From a virus (taxonomy: Duplodnaviria; Caudoviricetes): 64,000 bases of DNA. The translations under genes were made by a program, and so were the position numbers. The stretch lies in IMG/VR virus record IMGVR_UViG_3300018405_000011; one strand, written 5' to 3'. Within the stretch, counting starts at the first letter, position 1; the number at the start of each line of letters is the position of its first letter. The notes under the pieces are model-generated. The model saw nothing but the letters and a program-made list of their open reading frames with translations, made no database searches and was not told the origin of the DNA. This document shows positions 39,335 to 48,785 of the stretch, one piece after another.

Positions 39335-39439
39335 AGCGATCATTAGCTACGTCCTTTTAAAGGACGTAGCTATCCTTCTTTTGCCTTATTTAACGAGGCG
39401 CGTGAATTCTCTGGAAGGTGGCTATTTTCAGCCATTTTT

Positions 39440-39453
39440 AAAACCTATATTAC
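39440..39453 (+). promoter_or_regulatory. Phage promoter motif
   Basis: AAAACCTATATTAC, perfect consensus. Confidence 0.7.
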
Positions 39454-39490
39454 TCTTATGTATACCCACTATTAACATTAGGAGAACACC

Positions 39491-40930
39491 ATGTCTTTAG
39501 CCATATCTATCATACCCGCCACTAAGCGGCTATCGACTTCCTATAAAGGAAAGGAGATTACGTGGCAGTATAGCGTATGGGGACGGTTAAACACTGAGCC
39601 AACCGAGCGTATTTTCGGTGCGACCAACGACTATCTGGCAACTCTACCCGAAGCCGTTCAAGATGACCTATGGGCGTGTTACGAAGAAGCCAATGATTTA
39701 TTACTGTCTATTGGTAACTTAAAAACCTTAGAGTCTGACTTGATTACTATTGTTAACCGTATGTCACAACATTTTGATTTTGACCATCTGCTTAACTGGG
39801 CAGTTACCAAAGGTAATATTCTACCAGACACTAATATTGAAGAGCGCAACAACACGACTAACCCTGACTCAATGCACTATGTTCGCCAAGACGCTCATGA
39901 AATGGCGGTGTTCTGCGTACTGGTAAAACTCATTACGCCAATCTGGGGACCATACATCAACCATGTTAAAGACGAAGTAGGCAATCTACAAAAAGAACGT
40001 ATTGCTGCGCGTATCTTTGCAAAGTCTGCGTTTTCTGAAATGCGCCCATATGTACGCATTCAAGATTACCTAACCATACTTGCAGAAGTCAAAACCAAAA
40101 ACATCAATACAGCAATGATGTATGGCCTGCCAAAAACAGACCTAGACAGTTTCCTGATGGGGTTAACACTGACTCGTCGTTTTACGGTTATCCCGCTGCG
40201 TGCAAAGGGACAGCCGTCAATTGTAGCCTATGTCTTTAAGTTCCTAGAAGACAAAATCACGCAATTAGGAAACGGACCATATCGTGACAAGTTCCCATTA
40301 GGACAAGGGACATCACAGGAATCCGACAGCTTTGCTGACCAGTACCGTATCTCTCAAGATGTATCGGACATGATACCGATTGAGATAGAGTACTATTTGG
40401 AAGATGTTCCTCGTATCTGTGAAACCATGGGACTCGATGAAACAGGCCTAGAAGACGTCGTAGCACTGCGCCGTGCTCTAAAGGAAAACAAACGTTTTAA
40501 AATTATTGACGTTATCCATGAAGTGATTCCGGCGTTAGTGTTTAGACACGTTGTCTCACCTGCCCTGCATCGTCATCTATGCCGTGACGCACGATTAACC
40601 TTAATCGCCGTTACTGCGGTATACTGCCATGTACGTGGCTTAACAGATATCACTCGACTGCTTACGGCAGTTAAACAACCATTAGACCTTACTGAAATGG
40701 AGATGGGGACTCAAAATGGTCAACAGTTACGTCGGATGAGTAAAGAACTTGAAGATGCACTTAATGACCGCTACCCACATCGACAACCCAGTGATTTAAG
40801 AAACGGCACTAACCCAGGCCGTAACATAATCGAAGAAATCGTCAAATTCATTAATGCCCATGACTGGCTAGGTTTAGACGATGTCTCTGAAATTCGTAAC
40901 TCTTTAGCTACACTCTTTATTGAAAAGTAA
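39491..40930 (+). CDS. Non-virion RNAP sigma-like promoter-specificity subunit (phiKZ gp68-like)
   Basis: 479 aa; position in the gp66-gp74 block; helical character. Confidence 0.6.
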   Translation: MSLAISIIPATKRLSTSYKGKEITWQYSVWGRLNTEPTERIFGATNDYLATLPEAVQDDLWACYEEANDLLLSIGNLKTLESDLITIVNRMSQHFDFDHLLNWAVTKGNILPDTNIEERNNTTNPDSMHYVRQDAHEMAVFCVLVKLITPIWGPYINHVKDEVGNLQKERIAARIFAKSAFSEMRPYVRIQDYLTILAEVKTKNINTAMMYGLPKTDLDSFLMGLTLTRRFTVIPLRAKGQPSIVAYVFKFLEDKITQLGNGPYRDKFPLGQGTSQESDSFADQYRISQDVSDMIPIEIEYYLEDVPRICETMGLDETGLEDVVALRRALKENKRFKIIDVIHEVIPALVFRHVVSPALHRHLCRDARLTLIAVTAVYCHVRGLTDITRLLTAVKQPLDLTEMEMGTQNGQQLRRMSKELEDALNDRYPHRQPSDLRNGTNPGRNIIEEIVKFINAHDWLGLDDVSEIRNSLATLFIEK

Positions 40931-40960
40931 TCCACCATACACTCTTAGGAGAACAACACG

Positions 40961-42457
40961 ATGTATCACCAAAACCCATTAACTGAAGGCATCCAAGCAG
41001 CAAACTCTATTCAAGTAGACGTTGTTAAGGCATTCTTCATTGCGGTACCTGGAGAACACCCGATGCATTACCGTCCAATGGTGATGACCTTCGATGATAA
41101 CAGTTTCCGTCAGATGCGAGATATTACTGCCAATGGTTTAACCCTAGACCATGCGGCACTTCGTCAAGTCTCACGTAACATTATTTCGCAATCACGTCAG
41201 TCCCAAGGCGTAATCGGTATCGATAACGGATGGGGCACTCAGCGCTTTGCATTCTATATCCTTTTCCGCATTACTACACCCGCTCGTACGTCAGATGAGA
41301 TTTTAACAGGTTATACCGACCATTTAGGTATGTCTGAACTAAATGGCCCATCATCACGTGTATGGGACCAGAACATGACATTGTCTATTAATAGCCATAT
41401 GCGTGTTCATACTACGGAAACCTATGGTACACATGGCAGTCAGTTAGTTTATGCCGGCCGTGACGTCAATCAGGTCTTACGCCCTACTTACGTCCAGCTC
41501 AATGACCAGCCGATTAATATGACTGAGTCATCCATTGCAATGCGCCCAGTGGACACGTTGCATCGTTTACAAGTTGAAAAGATGGGAGGTGCTGACACGG
41601 TACATGACGTTCGCGGACGAATTGCTATCGGCGATGGTTCTTACGGCGTATCTAGCTCACGTAAAAACGAATTATCTTCCCAGTATCTGTCTAAGATTCT
41701 ACAGTCGTACTCAAACGCTCACCGTCAAACCAACGGTATGGGAGGTGAAGTTATGACTACGGGTACAGCGGCATCCTATGCTCGTGAGATATCTCTAGAT
41801 AGCTCAGTACTGTTCCGCCATCTAGGACAGTACAGTTCGTATGCTCATGCTGGCTACCTAACCTTTGGTGAGCTAGTTCGCATGTTCCCGTATGTCGAGC
41901 AAAACATCCAAGTAGTTATGCCTGGACGCGGCTCAATCGTGAGCAACGCCGAAGATACACATGGCTGGGGTGCCCCTGATGAAATCACTAACGTGGCACA
42001 TGCCCTGTCACATACTATCCCGGCTATACTCTCAGACTGCTTAGCAGTTAGCTCAACCTTTACTATTCATAACCGTACCATTAATGGTCAGCCAGACATT
42101 GCGGTAGAAGCACTCCAACCTATGTTTGACAGTGTTGCGGATGAGCGCATTTATCCTGCGTTTTGTGAGAGTATCCTAAATGACGTTATTCCGGAACTCT
42201 TCCCATATAACGAAACCGACTTCCTTATCCAGATGCGCTGCTCGCTTTTTGGCTCATCACGTATCGAAGTTAGTATTAACGGTTCTCCACTGACACCCTA
42301 TACTGCACCTAACTATGCCGATGGTTTAACTGCCTCGTCTATTGGTGCTAACGACGCACAGCTTGCTGACACGGCTATTAAAACCGGTGGCATGTTAGAC
42401 GCTGTGTTCTCAAATGCCATTGACCCTGGTTTAGCGACACGCCAGTACACGTACTAA
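40961..42457 (+). CDS. phiKZ gp69-like nuclear import factor (PicA/Imp1 candidate)
   Basis: 498 aa; GIDNGWGTQRFAF and LTGYTD motifs; directly after the gp68-like gene. Confidence 0.6.
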   Translation: MYHQNPLTEGIQAANSIQVDVVKAFFIAVPGEHPMHYRPMVMTFDDNSFRQMRDITANGLTLDHAALRQVSRNIISQSRQSQGVIGIDNGWGTQRFAFYILFRITTPARTSDEILTGYTDHLGMSELNGPSSRVWDQNMTLSINSHMRVHTTETYGTHGSQLVYAGRDVNQVLRPTYVQLNDQPINMTESSIAMRPVDTLHRLQVEKMGGADTVHDVRGRIAIGDGSYGVSSSRKNELSSQYLSKILQSYSNAHRQTNGMGGEVMTTGTAASYAREISLDSSVLFRHLGQYSSYAHAGYLTFGELVRMFPYVEQNIQVVMPGRGSIVSNAEDTHGWGAPDEITNVAHALSHTIPAILSDCLAVSSTFTIHNRTINGQPDIAVEALQPMFDSVADERIYPAFCESILNDVIPELFPYNETDFLIQMRCSLFGSSRIEVSINGSPLTPYTAPNYADGLTASSIGANDAQLADTAIKTGGMLDAVFSNAIDPGLATRQYTY

Positions 42458-42514
42458 TTACTATTTTAACTTAAATGGATGGGGTAGAGATACCTGCCCC
42501 ATCAGGAGAAGACA

Positions 42515-44293
42515 ATGAAACTATCTGACCTATATCTAGCATTAGCCGCGGCACTGGACGTGTTCCCTAACGAAGAAACCAAGTACCTGTGTGCGAACTA
42601 TGGTGAAGAAATCGTACCGATTACAGTACCTGTTGTACGCAATGGTCAAACCGTAAACCTGCCAGTTATTATTCCTGACGATGAAGTCATGAAGGTGGAA
42701 GAAGACGGTACAACCATTAAGTTCCATCCATATGCCGAAAGTCCATTCGGTGGTCAAAGCGAAATGTTAAATCGCTTAATCATCCTTGCAGGTGGTAAAC
42801 TATGTACTACTGTTATCAGTCTGGTAAGTCAGCTCATTAACCTATCGGTTAACTACGAAGAGTTCGACAAGTACAGCAACAAAACCATGCAGCTTATCGG
42901 TAAGTTACCTCCTGTGAAGAAAGACAAGTCGCGTGAGAAAATCCTAGAGTATGCCAATAAAGTTATGCGTGCTAACACCGCCATTGCAGGCCAGCATCCA
43001 TTGCTGCGTATTAACGTAGGTCGTCGTGAGCGCAGTGACATTAAAGCACTGCGTTGGTGTGAGCTTTCATTGCCTGTACTAAAAGACGATGGCGATATGC
43101 GTATCTTTGGTGTTAAAGCACCTTCTAAGTTAGCATACGATACCGTTTACGGTGCATTTGCAACCGTACTAGGGCATGACAGTTTAACTGAAGACAACAA
43201 AGTCTTTCTAAACGGTTCCCTATCGCAAACTGCACCATACTTTCAGGCGCTATTAAAGACACTGAAAGAAGCGACAGAACACTTTAACCATGTCCTGTCA
43301 CAAATGGGCCGTCAAGGCGATAAGTCTGCAAAACTTAATACGGACTGGTTTGGTTTACTGGATGACCCTGATACTCTAGTAAAAGAAATCCCAGTACCAT
43401 TTGAAGGTAACGTAGGCAAAGCCGATGGTAAGTCTGCATCTATTGCAGTAGCCGAAGGCACTCAAGCCCCTAAACCTGCAGCAATTAATATGGAACTGAG
43501 TTCCAAAGCTAAAGCACCGGCGCCTGTTACACAATCGGTTGCTCAGACGACCACTATCGACCATAAGGATACCATGAACACTATGCGCAAACAGACTATG
43601 TCCGCGTTACACAAAACCAATGCCAGTGCCGCTAGCACTTCTATGCGTAAACAGCCAGCACAATCTGCTGTACGTGATGAAGCGCCTGTGGAGGTGGCCG
43701 AGACGGCAAAAAAGCCTCAACTGGAAATTGGAACCCGTTCTCGGGAAGTAGCTTCCGCAAATAACCAGTTGCAGATAGGTGCACGTGTTCGTGAAACGCA
43801 AGTACACGATGCTTTAGGTGAACCAGTGTTTACACGTAACGGTCAGCCACTGATGATGCCTTCTACGGATAAAATCCATAAGGAGCTTTTCATCATTGCA
43901 CGTGAACCTAATGGTACGATTGCATGGAATGGGGATGTTCCTCACTTAGACCCAATCACACGTATCGAAGTCGACCGTCTAAAGCAACAGCGTCAAGGTA
44001 ACGGTGCGTATGGTGCAGGTCCTGCTCGTATGGGCTACCAACCTCAACCGGCCGCCTTTGCAAACCCTAATGACCCACGCAATCGCTATCAACTAGCTGC
44101 GCCTCCGGCTCAGCCTGGCTATGGTCAGCCAGCGGCTCCTGGATACGGTCAACCTGGTTATGGTCAGCCCGGTTATGGACAACCTGCAGCACCAGTCTAT
44201 GGAACCGCACCGGCCTATGGCACGGCTCCTGGGTATGGTTATACATCACAGCCAATCGTCCAGGGTACAGGCTATGCAGGACGTGTAAGATAA
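42515..44293 (+). CDS. phiKZ gp70-like protein with a low-complexity GYGQP tail
   Basis: 592 aa; FHPYAESPFGGQSEML motif; C-terminal G/Y/Q/P repeats. Confidence 0.55.
   Translation: MKLSDLYLALAAALDVFPNEETKYLCANYGEEIVPITVPVVRNGQTVNLPVIIPDDEVMKVEEDGTTIKFHPYAESPFGGQSEMLNRLIILAGGKLCTTVISLVSQLINLSVNYEEFDKYSNKTMQLIGKLPPVKKDKSREKILEYANKVMRANTAIAGQHPLLRINVGRRERSDIKALRWCELSLPVLKDDGDMRIFGVKAPSKLAYDTVYGAFATVLGHDSLTEDNKVFLNGSLSQTAPYFQALLKTLKEATEHFNHVLSQMGRQGDKSAKLNTDWFGLLDDPDTLVKEIPVPFEGNVGKADGKSASIAVAEGTQAPKPAAINMELSSKAKAPAPVTQSVAQTTTIDHKDTMNTMRKQTMSALHKTNASAASTSMRKQPAQSAVRDEAPVEVAETAKKPQLEIGTRSREVASANNQLQIGARVRETQVHDALGEPVFTRNGQPLMMPSTDKIHKELFIIAREPNGTIAWNGDVPHLDPITRIEVDRLKQQRQGNGAYGAGPARMGYQPQPAAFANPNDPRNRYQLAAPPAQPGYGQPAAPGYGQPGYGQPGYGQPAAPVYGTAPAYGTAPGYGYTSQPIVQGTGYAGRVR
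44111..44242 (+). repeat. Coding tandem repeats (GYGQP / PAYGTA)
   Basis: QPGYGQPAAPGYGQPGYGQPGYGQPAAPVYGTAPAYGTAPGYGY with synonymous variation between units. Confidence 0.8.
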
Positions 44294-44367
44294 AATAGAG
44301 TTTATTAACCCACAGACGTAATGGTCTGTGGGTTAATATTAATTGTCTCTATAAATTTTTCTTTTTC

Positions 44368-44712
44368 TTAGCGTAAACTATTTTTGTATCGCTGTAACAA
44401 GGTATCGAGATAACTTAGACTAGGGAGTAAAAAGGAAGTCTTAACCCCGTTATAGGCAGAAGGATGTGTTAACCCATTTAACCGAGCAATGACCCAATGA
44501 TAGTCTTCACGCACCCCACGTGATATTAGCCATCCGCCTAAGTCACCTCTATATTTTAAATTATCATTTCGGTCCATTATTACCGTGGTGGTATTAGAGT
44601 GACTAGCGATAACTTTTAGTTGTGCCTCTATGGCATTTCTAAAACCTTGAGAGTTAAACCCATCTACGTCCTCATCCACGGTAGGGATGAGCTTATTTAA
44701 AGAAAATGTCAT
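44368..44712 (-). CDS. Small conserved hypothetical protein
   Basis: Probable start ATG 44712 (MTFSLNKL...) with AAAGGGG RBS; HWVIARLNGL...Y motif. Confidence 0.6.
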   Translation of the reverse strand: MTFSLNKLIPTVDEDVDGFNSQGFRNAIEAQLKVIASHSNTTTVIMDRNDNLKYRGDLGGWLISRGVREDYHWVIARLNGLTHPSAYNGVKTSFLLPSLSYLDTLLQRYKNSLR

Positions 44713-44733
44713 AATTGCCCCTTTACCATAAAT

Positions 44734-44747
44734 AAAACCTATATTAT
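44734..44747 (+). promoter_or_regulatory. Phage promoter motif
   Basis: AAAACCTATATTAT upstream of the nvRNAP beta gene. Confidence 0.6.
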
Positions 44748-44815
44748 CTTTTATGAATGCGTTGATAGTAACGCATGGTGTTCTAAAAGATTCACAACAG
44801 CACAAGGAGAAACCA

Positions 44816-46015
44816 GTGGGAACCATCGAAAAGTTACTCAATCGTTCTGAGTTAACAGGTACAACCGATCTTATTACCCCATATGGAAGTCCAGACTCCA
44901 GCCCGCGTTTACACATGGTCGCCGCCCAGTCCCAACAGGCAATGCAGCCATTACGCCCAGATATCCCTATCTCTTTGACAGGTTACGAAGTACAGATGTC
45001 TAAGACGACAATGGCCATCACGATGCCCTGTGACGCTATTATCGAGGACATCATCTCGCATCACGTATCCGCCGTTATGTCACAGCGTGACACGGTAACC
45101 AAAACGATAGTCTATCAAGACGTAGATACGGGTGAGTATGGGAGTATTGAGCTAGAAGGGTATTTCCGAGCACACGACGTGTTTGGGGCACGTTTAAACC
45201 TAACCCCAGAAGGTCAGCGTCTGCGCCCTGGCATGCAGGTCAAAAAGGATACAATTCTCGCTCACTCAAATGGCGCTAATGTTGGTGGTGTGTATACTAC
45301 GTCATTAACCACTGAAGTGGCTAACCTATCATTAAACGGCGTTATAGAAGACGGACTGATTGTTTCTGAAGAGTTCCTGAAAAGAGCTGCGCCTGTGGCG
45401 ATGGCATCGCGTGATATTGAAACCGGAAAAGAGCGTTATTTCGTTGGAGTATATAGCGAAGGTGGCGTATTCCGTGCCTTTCCCGGACCAGGCGAAAAGA
45501 TACGTGACGACAACTTAGTTTTCGCTACGCGTAACTATGACCCATTGTTAGACTGTGTCTATATGCTAGAAGACATGGTTGATACTGTGGACTTTGCCTA
45601 TGACGAATGCGTCTTTGCACCACCAGAGTGTGAAAATGCTAAAGTGGTAGATGTTACTGTATATAGCTCACCTTCAACCTCGCGCTTACGTCAGACTCCA
45701 CCTACCATGGAAGAGTCCTTAAACGTTTACCGTGAACAGAAAGGACACTACTGTAATAAACTGGTTGATATCTACCGTCGGCTAAGAAAGCAAGAAGGGA
45801 ATCGCTTAAAGCTATCACCGAAGCTAGAAGAGCTACTTACCTATGCGCTGGCAGATAAGCCGAATGACCAACCTCGTTCAAACAACTATTCTGGTGCAGG
45901 TACGGTTCAGTACACCTATAAGGCTAAGCAGATTGATGAGTGGTACGTATCAATTGAATTAGCCTGGATGTACGATTTAAGCTACGGTGCAAAATTCGCG
46001 GACTTACACGGATGT
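44816..46015 (+). CDS. Non-virion RNAP beta C-terminal subunit, exon 1 (phiKZ gp71-like)
   Basis: SSPRLHM..QSQQA, IEDGLIVSE and GAKFADLHGC; AAGGAG RBS before GTG 44816. Confidence 0.85.
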
Positions 46016-47903
46016 TTCTCTATAAGGACTGATTTTAATTAGTAACAAATGTACCAATAGTATGTATTTAAATTTTAATAGTGCGAGAATACAACTATGT
46101 TTTGGTACATTCCAGGAACAAACGATTGGGCGATTGATGAAGAACATATTCTTCGTAGTCCAGAAGGAAAACTCATCCGGCCGAGTGTTAACCAAAGGGT
46201 TAGATTAACCCTGTACGGTAAACCAACGGCTACTTCATTGAAGCGTCTATTCCTTTTAGCGCATCATGACATGTTTTTACCAGATAGAAGTCTAGAGGGG
46301 CTCCAAAACGTTAAGTTTGTCCCTCAAGAGAAATCTGGCTTTACTGAAAGTAGTGGGTTCATGCCTATCTTCAAGGAACCCATTCACATTAATAAGGATT
46401 TTCGCGTATGTCCACTATGCCCAAGTCTGGCCGTAAATAAGGAGGGTACTAAAATTTATTGCTGGAGGACTGATAAGTATCTAAATGTTTATAGTCTCGC
46501 CGGTTACCGATACCTTACTCACTACGGCCGAAATTACAGGGTTCATAGATTAGTAGCATCGGCATGGGTAGAAAATCCAAATCCTCGGACTAAACCGGTT
46601 GTTAATCACATTGACCACAATAGAGATAACCCGCATTATCTTAACTTAGAATGGTGTACCCAGCAAGAAAATGCCGAGGCTATGGTGGAATATGGAAACA
46701 GCGCTACAGCCATCGAGTGTAAAGTTAGAGACTTTGTAACGGGCGTGGTAACTATTTATCCTAGTGTCAATGCCGTCGCTAAGGCGTTAGGTTTAAAACC
46801 ACCAATACATTTAAGTACTTTAATGTCTACCAACCCTTATCGTCTTTATATGGACCGCTACGAAATAAAGCCACTGATGGATCAGACCCCATGGAAAAAG
46901 ATATCTCCAGGAGAATCCAGGAAGTCCCAGTACACATTTGCAGTCTACGAGTCACCTGGTAATGCCTTGATTTATCATGATCGTATGCAGGTACAGAAAA
47001 ACTATAAGATATGGAACGTTCCTAACATCGAGCGCCTAATCGATAAGTTTTCTGAACTCCATCCTGACAAACGTATCTATTATTGCAAAAACTATATACA
47101 TGAGACTATACAGTCGATGCGTATAGGCACATGGGAAATTAAGGAGTGGGCTTCAATACGAGAAGCCTCTAGAAAACTTAATGTCAGTTTTTCGGCCATA
47201 CATGGAGTTATCCGTGATAACGCTTCTTCTAGAGAAGTTAAAGGTTACCTCTTTAGAACAACATCCTCGTTGCCGTGGGAACGCAATGTAGATGCATTTA
47301 AAAGTAAAAAAATGAGTTTAAAAGCAGTGCACGAAAAGGACGGAAGTACAATCAACTTTGTATCTCTGCGTGCCGCCGCCACCCACTTTAACTGTGATAG
47401 AAGCACCGTTAAAAGATGGATACGTAAAAAAATTGTTTTGTTCGGTTACTTTTTAAACAAAAGTTAATAGCATCCCTTAGCCAGTAATGGCTTTGAACAA
47501 ACTCCTCTAATTGCGGGAAGTTCTTGGTGAAACTTACTACCAACTTAATGCGGAAACGTAATTAAGGGCGCAGCTAATCACTGCGGTATGGTAAAAAGGT
47601 AAGTGGAAAGAAAATCGACGCAGCGAAGTTCCTAAGTCTATTAACAGATATGGAATGAGTTCAACGACTATCGAAAGGATAGCCATAGTGGTGACATTAT
47701 GGTGAATAACTGAGTAGAGTACAGCCACAGGCTTATGGTGGCCCTGGAGAACAGGATAGCGCACATGCGTAATGGAAACGGGGAGCCCCTACCTCATCTT
47801 TATAAAGATGTCGAGGGTGATGATATAGTCTGCCCCTTATGGCGACATAAGGCGGGTGTCTGAGCACACCGGGTCAACAATTGCACGTTGATTGGACAAA
47901 GGG
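46016..47903 (+). mobile_element. Group I intron (1888 nt) in the nvRNAP beta gene
   Basis: P AATTGCGGGAA (47509), Q AATCGACGCAGC (47613), R GTTCAACGACTA (47659), S GATATAGTCT (47822). Exon end GGATGT pairs with GCATCC (47470-47475) with a terminal U.G. Terminal G at 47903. Splicing gives HGCKGVV. Confidence 0.9.
46097..47467 (+). CDS. Intron-encoded HNH homing endonuclease
   Basis: RVHRLVASAW...VNHIDHNRDNPHYLNLEWCT; NUMOD1-like repeats WASIREASRKL and FVSLRAAATHF. Confidence 0.9.
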   Translation: MFWYIPGTNDWAIDEEHILRSPEGKLIRPSVNQRVRLTLYGKPTATSLKRLFLLAHHDMFLPDRSLEGLQNVKFVPQEKSGFTESSGFMPIFKEPIHINKDFRVCPLCPSLAVNKEGTKIYCWRTDKYLNVYSLAGYRYLTHYGRNYRVHRLVASAWVENPNPRTKPVVNHIDHNRDNPHYLNLEWCTQQENAEAMVEYGNSATAIECKVRDFVTGVVTIYPSVNAVAKALGLKPPIHLSTLMSTNPYRLYMDRYEIKPLMDQTPWKKISPGESRKSQYTFAVYESPGNALIYHDRMQVQKNYKIWNVPNIERLIDKFSELHPDKRIYYCKNYIHETIQSMRIGTWEIKEWASIREASRKLNVSFSAIHGVIRDNASSREVKGYLFRTTSSLPWERNVDAFKSKKMSLKAVHEKDGSTINFVSLRAAATHFNCDRSTVKRWIRKKIVLFGYFLNKS

Positions 47904-48785
47904 AAAGGCGTAGTCTGTGAAATTCGTCCACGTAGCCAAATGCCACGTGATGACTTCGGCAATATTGCCGATGTAGTACAATCAGGAATCTCTGTCTTTG
48001 CCCGTATGAATATCGGGCAAGAATATGAGCGTTACATTAATGCCGCATGTCGAGACGTGTCTAAAGATATGCGTAGAATGAATGCAGAAGGAGAATGGCT
48101 AGAAGCATTTAACCATGGTATGGGACTAATCCGTATTGTCTCACCGGAACAATACGAGCACTATCTTAAGGTTAAAAATACTGACCTTAAGAAACGTGAA
48201 TGGGTAGACAGTGTTGCTGAAGATATACTGCGTCTATTAGTGCGTCCGGATTCCGGAATACTAAGCAAAGAGCTTATCACTGCGATTCGAGAATATCGTC
48301 GTCCCGATAAGTCACCTATTACTTATTATAACTATGACGGTAATCTTATCCGCACTGAAAAGACGGCTTTAATCGGTCCTAAACAAATGATTGTCTTAGA
48401 TAAGTCATCGTTTAAACCAATGGCGGTAGCCGTATCCCGACGTCAACAACATGGTTTACCAGCGACCACCAACAAACGCACCAAGGTTGCCTTCCCGACT
48501 AACCGACAGCCGCCGAGAAGTTGGGGTGAAACCGAAAACCGAAATCTGTGTGCCGCAATGGGAGGTGAAGCCGTATTGTACCAAACAGACCAATCCACTA
48601 ACCCAGACGCAACGCGCAATGCATTAGAGAGCATGTTACGTAAACCTAAGCCATTTAAAACCTTTAAGCACTTAGACCGCACTAAGGTACCTGAAGGTGG
48701 GTCACGCACGATTCAGTTCGTTAAGAACTTATTAGGCGCGATGGCGATTAAATTTACCACACTGATACCAAAAGGAAATCGATGA
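47904..48785 (+). CDS. Non-virion RNAP beta C-terminal subunit, exon 2 (phiKZ gp73-like)
   Basis: KGVVCEIRPRSQMPRD, RMNIGQEYE and GETENRN motifs; spliced protein about 693 aa. Confidence 0.85.
   Translation, partial: KGVVCEIRPRSQMPRDDFGNIADVVQSGISVFARMNIGQEYERYINAACRDVSKDMRRMNAEGEWLEAFNHGMGLIRIVSPEQYEHYLKVKNTDLKKREWVDSVAEDILRLLVRPDSGILSKELITAIREYRRPDKSPITYYNYDGNLIRTEKTALIGPKQMIVLDKSSFKPMAVAVSRRQQHGLPATTNKRTKVAFPTNRQPPRSWGETENRNLCAAMGGEAVLYQTDQSTNPDATRNALESMLRKPKPFKTFKHLDRTKVPEGGSRTIQFVKNLLGAMAIKFTTLIPKGNR

Noticed and set aside
47537-47764. Minus-strand 75-aa ORF
   Set aside because: Antisense to the group I intron core.
46001-47906. Alternative intron 2 junctions giving HGGKG, HGWKG or HGKG
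   Set aside because: Only TGT|AAA satisfies exon-terminal U, intron-terminal G and the perfect GCATCC guide pairing together.
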